Of a stretch of DNA of 64,000 nt, positions 48,113 through 55,989 are shown piece by piece; the stretch's first letter is position 1; every line of letters starts with the position of its first letter. Under the pieces are notes generated by a model. The model was not told the origin of the DNA. It searched no databases and saw only the letters and a list, made by a program, of their open reading frames with translations. The position numbers and the translations under genes were made by a program. The DNA is taken from positions 1 to 64,000 of IMG/VR virus record IMGVR_UViG_3300045999_010033. The stretch is one strand, 5' to 3'.

Positions 48113-48296
48113 CTTTTAATACAATGATTTCTTTTACTTTCACCGGCCAAATAGGCATCCTATCAATCGTTACCTGCATATGCCCATGTAACGGATTCAC
48201 TCCGCACGATTGGCAGATACCAGTGATTCTTTGACCGGGCCACTTTGGATGGAGTACACTAATACGTTTACCAACCAAATTCAAATCGTTTCTCAT
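48084..48296 (-). CDS. hypothetical protein
   Basis: Packed ORF. Confidence 0.5.
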   Translation of the reverse strand: MRNDLNLVGKRISVLHPKWPGQRITGICQSCGVNPLHGHMQVTIDRMPIWPVKVKEIIVLKDETNENKFK

Positions 48297-48306
48297 AATA
48301 ATGTGT

Positions 48307-48960
48307 TTATCGCTCTTTAAGTTCTAATGAATCTAAGCTGAAGGGGCAGTACAGCAAAGTTGGATTCTTTTTCTGAATATCAACATTAGGATACTTCTTT
48401 TTGAACTCTATAACATCAAATCTATTAGTAATAAGATGAAATCCATTTTTAGTTGGAATTTCCGCAATACATTTATATCCTTCCGGTCTTAATACGTTGA
48501 TAAATGCCCGGATATCTTCTCTAACAATTTCATCCTTTGTATCAATATCGATAATCCAACGCTTCTCATAAGTTTTCAGTTGCCCAACAACCGAATCAAA
48601 TAAGTTGTTTTGAACGAACTGACCATCTTTGAGTCTTTGTGCCAAAGCCATCATCATATCCAATGAAACATCTTTATGATTTTGTTTCTGAATATGGATG
48701 TAGGCACGTGCTTTAAACATCTCACAAAGTTGGATTATTTCATCATAACGTTTTTCCAAATATTGAATACTGGAAACGCAATATGTTTTTATTGTACGAA
48801 CCGATTGGTGATTATCCCTTTCACCTTCGGGCTGGTCCTTCTTTCTTTTGAAGATATACAACATATAAAAGTCACCCTCGTTATCGAAGTTCAGCAAAGG
48901 TTTGATTAATTCGATATTGTTTATCATACTATACGATTTTTTAGACATAGTGGGTCTCAT
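48307..48960 (-). CDS. possible AEP/primase-like fold protein
   Basis: WIIDID and TKNGFH resemble AEP motifs I/II (inference). Confidence 0.5.
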   Translation of the reverse strand: MRPTMSKKSYSMINNIELIKPLLNFDNEGDFYMLYIFKRKKDQPEGERDNHQSVRTIKTYCVSSIQYLEKRYDEIIQLCEMFKARAYIHIQKQNHKDVSLDMMMALAQRLKDGQFVQNNLFDSVVGQLKTYEKRWIIDIDTKDEIVREDIRAFINVLRPEGYKCIAEIPTKNGFHLITNRFDVIEFKKKYPNVDIQKKNPTLLYCPFSLDSLELKER

Positions 48961-48989
48961 TGTGTATTACTACACAAAGTTAGGGCATT
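48935..48989. repeat. 55-bp promoter/leader duplication, copy 2
   Basis: 53/55 identical to 32495-32549. Confidence 0.95.
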
Positions 48990-49136
48990 CTGTGCTAATA
49001 AACAAACCTATTTGTTGAATTTTTTCTAAATTTTTGAGGACTTTGTTAGAAAAAATCTAATAGTCATTGATTATCAACGAGTTATAACTCATTGATATTC
49101 TATGAATTATAACGTCTATTGATAATCAATGACTTA
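48960..49136 (-). promoter_or_regulatory. P5: promoter + hairpin + two IHF-consensus sites
   Basis: TAACTTTG 48975-82, TTTG 20 nt upstream; TTGTGTA-GTAA-TACACAA; sites at 49072 and 49124. Confidence 0.85.
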
Positions 49137-49145
49137 CGTGGAGAA

Positions 49146-49604
49146 TTATCCCAAATAATCGAATTTTTTGATTATCTTTTTTAAGATTGCCGAATATCCA
49201 CTTGACTGGGAATATATTTTATCTAAATAGGATAGATACTCGGTTCGATTGGATATACTACGTTTTTGTATAAAACGGTCTTGCCACATTTTGTAATCCT
49301 TAACAGAATCTTTCCAACTGAAAAATGTAGCGTATCCACGATTAGATCCAGTGGCCAACGTCTCCCTCACTTTCGGATACTTCATTCCGAATAGATTGTT
49401 ATTTAATTTGAAGACTGTAGATTTAAAATGCCCACTTTCTAAAACAGCTTGTGCAAATACTACTTCGGGATATTTAATCCCATTTGCTATCAATTCACTC
49501 CACAATAATTCATAATTAGGAGGAGTATTCCGCGAGTTGTTCGCAGCGAAGCTCGTAAACAATAAAGGTAAGACGAGCAAACAAACAGTGATGATTTTTT
49601 TCAT
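49146..49604 (-). CDS. glucosaminidase (FlgJ/GH73-like) with signal peptide
   Basis: AQAVLESG, NNLFGMK, YATF..WKDSV.DY. Confidence 0.85.
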   Translation of the reverse strand: MKKIITVCLLVLPLLFTSFAANNSRNTPPNYELLWSELIANGIKYPEVVFAQAVLESGHFKSTVFKLNNNLFGMKYPKVRETLATGSNRGYATFFSWKDSVKDYKMWQDRFIQKRSISNRTEYLSYLDKIYSQSSGYSAILKKIIKKFDYLG

Positions 49605-49656
49605 GCGCTTTTTGTTTTGATTAAAAATATGCCATCATTGTGACATTTATATTGAG

Positions 49657-49731
49657 TTGGGTGTGCCAGATTCGAACTGGCGATTTCTTGCTCCCAAAGC
49701 AAGCGCGATAACCGGACTACGCTAACACCCA
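49657..49731 (-). tRNA. tRNA-Pro(TGG)
   Basis: CTTGC-TTTGGGA-GCAAG. Confidence 0.9.
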
Positions 49732-49780
49732 GTGTTTAAGTATTAAATATAAGTATTTTTTTGGATTAAACCAAAACTGA

Positions 49781-50515
49781 TTACCATTGTTTTTGAGATG
49801 TAACCAGGAATTGGTGAGCCGGTTGACCCGTGTTGGGGCTAACCCACGATAACCAAGATCCAGTTATTTGTTGAGGAGCCGGGCCTATTACTGATTTATA
49901 TGGAATACGTGCAATCAACGGCCCTTTAATTGTCAAACTACCCGTTGACCAAATGTATAATACAGAATTAGCAGGTAGTATATCTATTGGTGCTTTCCTT
50001 ATTAGGAATACACGCGTATCAGTTCCGGCAGTTGGGAAGCGGTTCATCTGTCCAATTCTTTCACCAACTGCGGTAGAGGCGGTTGCATTAGATGCCGTTG
50101 TATAATATAATGCGTAACTTTGTGTTACTGCACTTCTGGCTACAAGCGAATATCCAATAATATAATTGCCTTGTGGTATTACCGATGCTGTCATAGCAAA
50201 CGCAAATGGTGCACCCCAACTCGTACTACCAGTAGTAGGACCGGTTATTTGTGCATCGGTGTGACCATACTTCACCATACCATTCAATGCCGAAAATACT
50301 GCATTATACGATGCCGAGTTCACTTGAACAAAATCACCAACACTTGCCGAATCATAACTTGCGGTATTTGCCGACGAAAGTGCTGCACGAATTGCATCAG
50401 ATACTACCGATTGTGTTGCAGCCGCCCCTACGTTCATCACCATTCTGCCGATTCCGCTTTGATTATTCATTGATAATCCGCCGCCGGCTCCAGTATTTGA
50501 AAACTTTATGGGCAT
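49781..50515 (-). CDS. Ser/Thr/Ala-rich beta-type protein, possibly virion-associated
   Basis: Composition only. Confidence 0.55.
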   Translation of the reverse strand: MPIKFSNTGAGGGLSMNNQSGIGRMVMNVGAAATQSVVSDAIRAALSSANTASYDSASVGDFVQVNSASYNAVFSALNGMVKYGHTDAQITGPTTGSTSWGAPFAFAMTASVIPQGNYIIGYSLVARSAVTQSYALYYTTASNATASTAVGERIGQMNRFPTAGTDTRVFLIRKAPIDILPANSVLYIWSTGSLTIKGPLIARIPYKSVIGPAPQQITGSWLSWVSPNTGQPAHQFLVTSQKQW

Positions 50516-50556
50516 CTCTTTTCCTTTATAATAGGTATAATGGAATTGAGAAAAAA

Positions 50557-50634
50557 TGGTAGTCCCATCGTGATTCGAACACGAAACCTACGCTTTAGAA
50601 GAGCGTCGCTCTAATCCTGTTGAGCTATGGGACC
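50557..50634 (-). tRNA. tRNA-Arg(TCT)
   Basis: ACGCT-CTTCTAA-AGCGT; CCA encoded. Confidence 0.93.
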
Positions 50635-50653
50635 ATAAAAGATAATTATCTTT

Positions 50654-50727
50654 TGGCGGTTCGTAGGGGTTACGCTCCCCTGCCTTCGCAGTGACAGTGC
50701 GATATTCTACTATTATACTAACGAACC
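50654..50727 (-). tRNA. tRNA-Asp(GTC), T-loop AGCGTAA
   Basis: TCGCA-CTGTCAC-TGCGA; G73, CCA encoded. Confidence 0.87.
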
Positions 50728-50734
50728 AAAACTG

Positions 50735-50817
50735 AGCCGAGAGCCGGATTCGAACCGGCGTGTCCTTGCGGATCCTGATTACAAGTCAGGTGCAATCGGC
50801 CACTATGCGACCTCGGC
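50735..50817 (-). tRNA. tRNA-Thr(TGT) with long variable arm
   Basis: CCTGA-CTTGTAA-TCAGG; variable arm TCC-GCAA-GGA. Confidence 0.85.
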
Positions 50818-51021
50818 TTATATTATCTTACAATACTATATACAACCGTCAACATCCAACCATCTCCATTGCTGTTGGTATGTACTGATTCAATCTTTAT
50901 TGTGTTTGGTCCAAATTCTGCAACCCATGCATCAAATTGCCGATTCAATTCATCACCAGCAAAGGTGCCGCGTTTTCCACTTGTAAATACTTTAATCATA
51001 TACTTTTATTTTTATTTTCTG

Positions 51022-51153
51022 CGTCAGGGTGGGGAATCGAACCCCACACTCTCATACCAGGAGCTATGCCTAGAGTTACATCACGTATAGTGTTTTCACA
51101 CATCCCCTATATTATGCGACGGCCTTAACGTTTACCCATTACGTCACCTGACT
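51022..51153 (-). ncRNA. ~130-nt expanded tRNA-like RNA
   Basis: AGTCAGG/CCTGACG; D arm ACGT-AATGGGTAA-ACGT; ~80-nt insert; GTGGGG-TTCGATT-CCCCAC. Confidence 0.78.
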
Positions 51154-51343
51154 ACCACTTCTATTTAATTTTGAATAGCCTATCGAAGAATCGTTTTAGA
51201 GTCGGTTTTAGTTTTCGATTTCTTTTTAGCTCTTCTTGATACGCTATTACTTCCAATACCTCATCAAACCTAATTGGAGTTCCTCTACGGACATCATCGG
51301 ATAACTTTTCTAATCTTTCGTTTTTCATTTTTTTATTGTTCAG

Positions 51344-51439
51344 TAGTCAGGACACGAATCGAATCTGTATTTAGGATTGTTTAATCGGGCTTCATACCGT
51401 ACCTACCTTTCGGTGCGTCTACCGTTCCGCCACCTGACT
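51344..51439 (-). ncRNA. tRNA-like RNA with degraded T stem
   Basis: AGTCAGG/CCTGACT-A; GCG-GAACGGTAGA-CGC; ACCG-11 nt-CGGT arm. Confidence 0.72.
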
Positions 51440-51446
51440 ATTTTAT

Positions 51447-51701
51447 TTATATCCACTTAATACGATTTTCTGTGTCCATCCATTGTTGGAATTGATTTTT
51501 GTTAACCAAACACGTTCTCTTTTCTTCACCAAACATATTATTCATTGTAATTGATGTATCAGGGACAGAAATCAAACACTCAACAATCAAATGATCCCCT
51601 ATCTCACCATGTTCATCATCATAATCTTTTTCTTTCCATCCTAAAATTTCCAAAACGTATTTATTATCTATTCTAATGAATTTTAAAAGACTTTTTTCCA
51701 T
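51447..51701 (-). CDS. hypothetical protein
   Basis: Packed ORF. Confidence 0.55.
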   Translation of the reverse strand: MEKSLLKFIRIDNKYVLEILGWKEKDYDDEHGEIGDHLIVECLISVPDTSITMNNMFGEEKRTCLVNKNQFQQWMDTENRIKWI

Positions 51702-51702
51702 G

Positions 51703-52011
51703 TTATTTAGTTTTTGCGATTTCTACATTCAAAGCATTATTGAGCAATGAATACAATTTTGATGTAAAATCTCTCGAAAAGATTGACATCCAATTCATCT
51801 CTGTTTCCAACTCCTCAATAGATTCACGAATACTATCTTGATATCCTTTATGGTTAGTCACAATCCACAATGCAAGATTATTAATTCTTACTTTAAGTGA
51901 CTCGGATAAACATCCGTTATTTTGCATCATACAAAAAACTTGGTCTGCCCATTCATTACCACCAGTATCAAACAACTTGTTTTTGTCAGTGTATTTTTTC
52001 ATAATAATCAA
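51703..52011 (-). CDS. hypothetical protein
   Basis: Packed ORF. Confidence 0.5.
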   Translation of the reverse strand: MIIMKKYTDKNKLFDTGGNEWADQVFCMMQNNGCLSESLKVRINNLALWIVTNHKGYQDSIRESIEELETEMNWMSIFSRDFTSKLYSLLNNALNVEIAKTK

Positions 52012-52018
52012 TTTTTAG

Positions 52019-52096
52019 TAGTCAGGACAGGATTCGAACCTGCATGGTCACTCCTTTGTGTACACCGCGAGCTGCGTTACCATTCGCCACCTGACT
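52019..52096 (-). ncRNA. tRNA-like RNA without a canonical anticodon loop
   Basis: AGTCAGG/CCTGACT-A; GCG-AATGGTAA-CGC; GCAGG-TTCGAAT-CCTGT. Confidence 0.78.
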
Positions 52097-52240
52097 AACC
52101 ATAGGAAAGAAGAAGATGGTCGCGTGGACAACTTCTTTTACGATTGGCGTTACTTAGGTGAATACCTCCCAACTCCGATTATATCAGCCGGTATTCACTC
52201 TCGTGCTGTTGATATAATCATTCCCCAATCAACCTATTTG

Positions 52241-52313
52241 TACTCCCGACCGGAATCGAACCGGCATCTTCAGATCGAAAATCTGACGAACTCAACCATT
52301 ATTCGACGGGAGC
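52241..52313 (-). tRNA. tRNA-Glu(TTC)
   Basis: TCAGA-TTTTCGA-TCTGA. Confidence 0.88.
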
Positions 52314-52363
52314 AATTGTTATACAATGATAAGGAATTTATTTGTATATTCCAAATCTATGTG

Positions 52364-52439
52364 GGTAACTAATGGGGTACGATCCCATAATCTTCTGCTT
52401 CACAAACAGACGCTTTATTCCATTTAAGCGATAGCTACC
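52364..52439 (-). tRNA. tRNA-His(GTG), T-loop ATCGTAC
   Basis: TCTGT-TTGTGAA-GCAGA; G-1:C73. Confidence 0.88.
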
Positions 52440-52447
52440 ATATAAAG

Positions 52448-52519
52448 AGGCGGGAGTAGGAATCGAACCTACCTAAGAGGGGTTGCAGTCCTCCACCTGA
52501 GCCACTCGGCCATCCCGCC
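52448..52519 (-). tRNA. tRNA-Cys(GCA)
   Basis: GAGGA-CTGCAAC-CCCTC; U73. Confidence 0.88.
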
Positions 52520-52525
52520 AGCCTA

Positions 52526-53086
52526 TTACCTATCCATTATGATTTTAGCAAAATTCGTATCAACCTTCACTCTCTCTATCAATTGCTGCGATGTCATATT
52601 TTTAGCTTCTTCCAATATCTTGTCCTTTTGGCTTGCTATACCCAAATCCACCTGTGCTTCCTTTGCCATTGATTTCAATTCAGTAACTACAAAGGTAGAA
52701 AGTTCATGCGGTATTTGTTTAGCCGCCGAATCCGTAGTAAGGAATTGCATCGTACCACCGCCGGCTATGATTAGTAATGTTTCTTTCTTTGTAGGAGTAA
52801 ACATATAACCCGCCCAAGTAATCAAAGATAAAACCAAAGTAACATAAAATATACTTGAGATGTATCGTTTTAACATTTTTGCCGAACGAACCTCAGGATG
52901 TGTTTTTTCTTCTTCTTCGGTTTTACAATTACCATCAGAAATTTGACTCATTAAATGCATCGCCGCACCTATCATCGCAATAAATGCAAAAATAGCCATC
53001 CACGTAAAAATATCACTTGCTACATCGAAGAAAGTCCTAACAGAATCTGCACGAGTTACCCAATAAAAAATAGAATACCAATTCAT
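52526..53086 (-). CDS. multi-pass membrane protein
   Basis: Two to three TM segments; PTKKE motif. Confidence 0.7.
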   Translation of the reverse strand: MNWYSIFYWVTRADSVRTFFDVASDIFTWMAIFAFIAMIGAAMHLMSQISDGNCKTEEEEKTHPEVRSAKMLKRYISSIFYVTLVLSLITWAGYMFTPTKKETLLIIAGGGTMQFLTTDSAAKQIPHELSTFVVTELKSMAKEAQVDLGIASQKDKILEEAKNMTSQQLIERVKVDTNFAKIIMDR

Positions 53087-53105
53087 AACATTTGATTTTA
53101 AAAAA

Positions 53106-53348
53106 TTAAACTAATTTATTTGCGATTTTCAAAATTGTTTCCTCATCTTCTTTTGTTAGTTTCCACGCATTTCCAATGAGTTTGCTTACTTGCGCATCAA
53201 ATTCACTAACGGATACATCATCCGGATGAACTCCACCCATTTGCTTTGGAACATATCCATCTTCATACAATGCGTCTGCTAACTCTTGCTTTTCATATCG
53301 GGCTAAACCGAAAATAAGGTCATCAACATCAATTTCAATACTTGCCAT
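53106..53348 (-). CDS. hypothetical protein
   Basis: Packed ORF. Confidence 0.6.
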   Translation of the reverse strand: MASIEIDVDDLIFGLARYEKQELADALYEDGYVPKQMGGVHPDDVSVSEFDAQVSKLIGNAWKLTKEDEETILKIANKLV

Positions 53349-53358
53349 AACTTTTATT

Positions 53359-53880
53359 TTATTTATTTAGTTTACTAATACACTCATCAACTTTGTCACG
53401 CAACCTACCACCATTTCCGTGGTCACCATTCACCTGAACGTGTCTCCATTGTGGAACACGCATCCATTTGAATTGGCCGGCGAGATTCAAATCATCAATG
53501 GCAATCCAATTTTTCACTCCGTTATCCTTTACCCATTTACGAATTTCTGCCGCACGTTCCCATTCGATTGGTGGACGGCTCATTTTCTTCCATAGGTCTT
53601 GATGTGTGGTGATATCAATCAACAAGTGACCAGGTATTCCAAAGTGTTCAAATACTCGTTTCATTTGGATAAAACTGAAATGCTTTCTCCAATCCGAGCT
53701 CAATACAAGTCGTGCATCAGTCTCACGAAGAACTTTGTGTAGAGCCTGGCAATCTTCCTCTACCCATCTGTATGGGATTTTGAACAATTGTGAACCGGCG
53801 TGCAGTTCAACACGGCCCGTTCCCCATGTTCCCCATGCCAATGGGCCATCAACATCAATGAATATGATTTTATTGTTCAT
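53359..53880 (-). CDS. HAD-family phosphatase (Swiss-Army-Knife RNA-repair type)
   Basis: IIFIDVDGPL, LVLSSDWR, WIAIDD. Confidence 0.85.
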   Translation of the reverse strand: MNNKIIFIDVDGPLAWGTWGTGRVELHAGSQLFKIPYRWVEEDCQALHKVLRETDARLVLSSDWRKHFSFIQMKRVFEHFGIPGHLLIDITTHQDLWKKMSRPPIEWERAAEIRKWVKDNGVKNWIAIDDLNLAGQFKWMRVPQWRHVQVNGDHGNGGRLRDKVDECISKLNK

Positions 53881-54559
53881 CTTTTTTAGTTTTTAATCTC
53901 AAGTCACCAAACTTACTATTGGCGAGCAAGTCATCGTAATCTTTGTATCCTTGCTCTCTCGCCCATTCATCGCTTTTCTTTTGGCGATACTCTTTTACTT
54001 TCTCCGGGTCTTTCATTTGCTCAACACTCTCAAACCCTAAATCACGTGCACATTCCGATTCGCACCATCCATGTGAACCGATTTCTATATTGATTGGAAG
54101 GTCGGTTTCCAATGATTCGATGAAATTTTCAAATTGATTTGCAGCTACAAATGGCATTGAGTAACTACCTTCGGAAACAGCGTATCCGCTTTCATCTTCA
54201 CTATCGAATATCTCAATCCTACCCATACGATACCTTTCACCGAATAATGAAAATACACCATAGCCAACGGTAGAGTAACTGAACCGACCCGGATGACTTA
54301 CCCCTTCGTTATCAATACAACCGGGGTTCACTTCCATCCAATTGGCCAATTCATTAATCAATTCTTCATCGGATAATTCTGGCGATTTACGCCTGATGTT
54401 TTTGAGAAACCATCCTAACTTACTTCTATCCACTTTCATAACAATTCGTTTTAATGTAGCCTCTGAGCGAATCGAACGCCCACCAATTGATCCGTAGTCA
54501 ATCATTCTATCCGTTAAACTAAAAGGCCGGTTAGCACGGGTTGTAAGAATCGAACTCAC
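53870..54559 (-). CDS. hypothetical protein (true start downstream of tRNA-Trp, probably MKVDRSK)
   Basis: Annotated start overlaps a tRNA. Confidence 0.6.
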   Translation of the reverse strand: MSSILTTRANRPFSLTDRMIDYGSIGGRSIRSEATLKRIVMKVDRSKLGWFLKNIRRKSPELSDEELINELANWMEVNPGCIDNEGVSHPGRFSYSTVGYGVFSLFGERYRMGRIEIFDSEDESGYAVSEGSYSMPFVAANQFENFIESLETDLPINIEIGSHGWCESECARDLGFESVEQMKDPEKVKEYRQKKSDEWAREQGYKDYDDLLANSKFGDLRLKTKKDEQ

Positions 54560-54603
54560 TCCTAGGGATTTGGAGTCCCATTGGCTACCATAGCCTAACC
54601 CGT
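54535..54603 (-). tRNA. tRNA-Trp(CCA)
   Basis: GGGA-CTCCAAA-TCCC; short D arm; G73. Confidence 0.85.
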
Positions 54604-54608
54604 GTATG

Positions 54609-54682
54609 TGTTTGGAGTGAGACTCGAACTCACATCCTCTTCGGTATCAGCGAAGTGCTCCAACCAATTGAGCTATCCAAAC
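54609..54682 (-). tRNA. tRNA-Ile(GAT)
   Basis: CTTCG-CTGATAC-CGAAG. Confidence 0.9.
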
Positions 54683-54686
54683 ATTG

Positions 54687-54760
54687 TGACCCCGCTGCGA
54701 CTCGAACGCAGGACTCCTAAATTAAAAGTTTAGTGCTCTAACCAACTGAGCTACGAGGTC
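54687..54760 (-). tRNA. tRNA-Lys(TTT)
   Basis: CTAAA-CTTTTAA-TTTAG. Confidence 0.92.
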
Positions 54761-54766
54761 AACTAT

Positions 54767-55291
54767 TCATTCTATATCAGAATTAGAATTGTACTGAAAC
54801 GTTATAAACGTATGTTCCAAGTACATATCATGTTCTATCTTTATATTTTCCGGAGAGATATCATAAGAACACATATCACAATTCCACAATGCTTCCCACA
54901 ATCCGGCTTTGAATTGGGCCTCATCGTTGTATTTGGTCAAACCCAATATACATCCCAACGTCGGCGGTAAATACTTTCTTTCCAATTCTTTACAATGTTC
55001 TCTATACGCTTTCCAATTCTCCGGATTTTCCATATCACTCGTCCATGCATCATGCAGTTTTTTATTCATATCCGTATCCTCTTCGCTTACCTGAATCAGG
55101 TTATTAGAGTGTAGGTATTCGGTGGACAGTGTAGGCAAATTGTTTGTTACAATGTATTCACCTACATACATTCCGAGCATATAATCAACACTAACGGAAT
55201 CAAACCACTTTTGAGTTTGGGCGATTTGCTCTTCCCTATATTCGGGCGTCTTCACTCTACGAAACAATTCATCCAATGATATTTTACGCAT
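54767..55291 (-). CDS. hypothetical protein
   Basis: ORF between tRNAs; LWNCDMCSY motif. Confidence 0.65.
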   Translation of the reverse strand: MRKISLDELFRRVKTPEYREEQIAQTQKWFDSVSVDYMLGMYVGEYIVTNNLPTLSTEYLHSNNLIQVSEEDTDMNKKLHDAWTSDMENPENWKAYREHCKELERKYLPPTLGCILGLTKYNDEAQFKAGLWEALWNCDMCSYDISPENIKIEHDMYLEHTFITFQYNSNSDIE

Positions 55292-55306
55292 ATTATTATT
55301 TTTTAG

Positions 55307-55382
55307 TGGTGGAGCCTCAGGGAATCGAACCCCATCCTCCCGCTCTTCAGGCGGGCGTACGCACCAGCTATACGAAAGCTCC
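55307..55382 (-). tRNA. tRNA-Phe(GAA)
   Basis: CCCGC-CTGAAGA-GCGGG; CCA encoded. Confidence 0.92.
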
Positions 55383-55438
55383 TGGCGGCCGCCTCTTACT
55401 ATTTCATAAGATATTTACTCAGGCATTTGGCCATGTTG

Positions 55439-55520
55439 TTGGGGTAGACGGACTCGAACCGCCGGACTCCGAAGAGAGAGCATTTACAGTGCCCCGCAAT
55501 TGCCGCTATGCGATACCCCA
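55439..55520 (-). tRNA. tRNA-Tyr(GTA)
   Basis: GGGCA-CTGTAAA-TGCTC; long variable arm. Confidence 0.9.
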
Positions 55521-55526
55521 TTGTAG

Positions 55527-55598
55527 TAGAAGGTGGGAATTACGATATCCCGACCTCTTGGATGTAAACCAAGTGCTCTGCCTCTGAGCTAACCTTCT
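55527..55598 (-). tRNA. tRNA-Val(TAC), T-loop ATCGTAA
   Basis: CTTGG-TTTACAT-CCAAG. Confidence 0.88.
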
Positions 55599-55628
55599 CC
55601 GTTTTCCATATGTCAAAGAACATACCTG

Positions 55629-55700
55629 CGCTGATGGAGAATTACGATATCCCGACCTGAGTCTTAACAGGACCCTGCTCTACCTCTGAGCTACATCAGC
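55629..55700 (-). tRNA. tRNA-Asn(GTT), T-loop ATCGTAA
   Basis: GGGTC-CTGTTAA-GACTC; G73. Confidence 0.88.
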
Positions 55701-55914
55701 AAATGACAATAACGAAAATACCCCCGAAACAATCAGGGGTATTTTACGCTATCACAGTCTACTTATATGTTCACTATGCCCCTGCTATACATTTGTATCG
55801 AACACGCAGACTCCTTCCCACTTAATGATGGGATACGTGCGATTGATATGTTTATTAAACAGGTTCATAATTGTTTTGTTATAAGTATAAAGTATTTTCA
55901 AAAAAAGTTACCAG

Positions 55915-55985
55915 AGCGAAGCCAGAGAGTCGAACTCCATCCTGCGACCTGGAGGGCCGCCGTGCTACCGTTACACTAACTCCAC
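55915..55985 (-). tRNA. second, degenerate tRNA-Gly(TCC)
   Basis: GCGGC-CCTCCAG-GTCGC; many G-U pairs in acceptor and T stems; C33. Confidence 0.6.
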
Positions 55986-55989
55986 TTAT

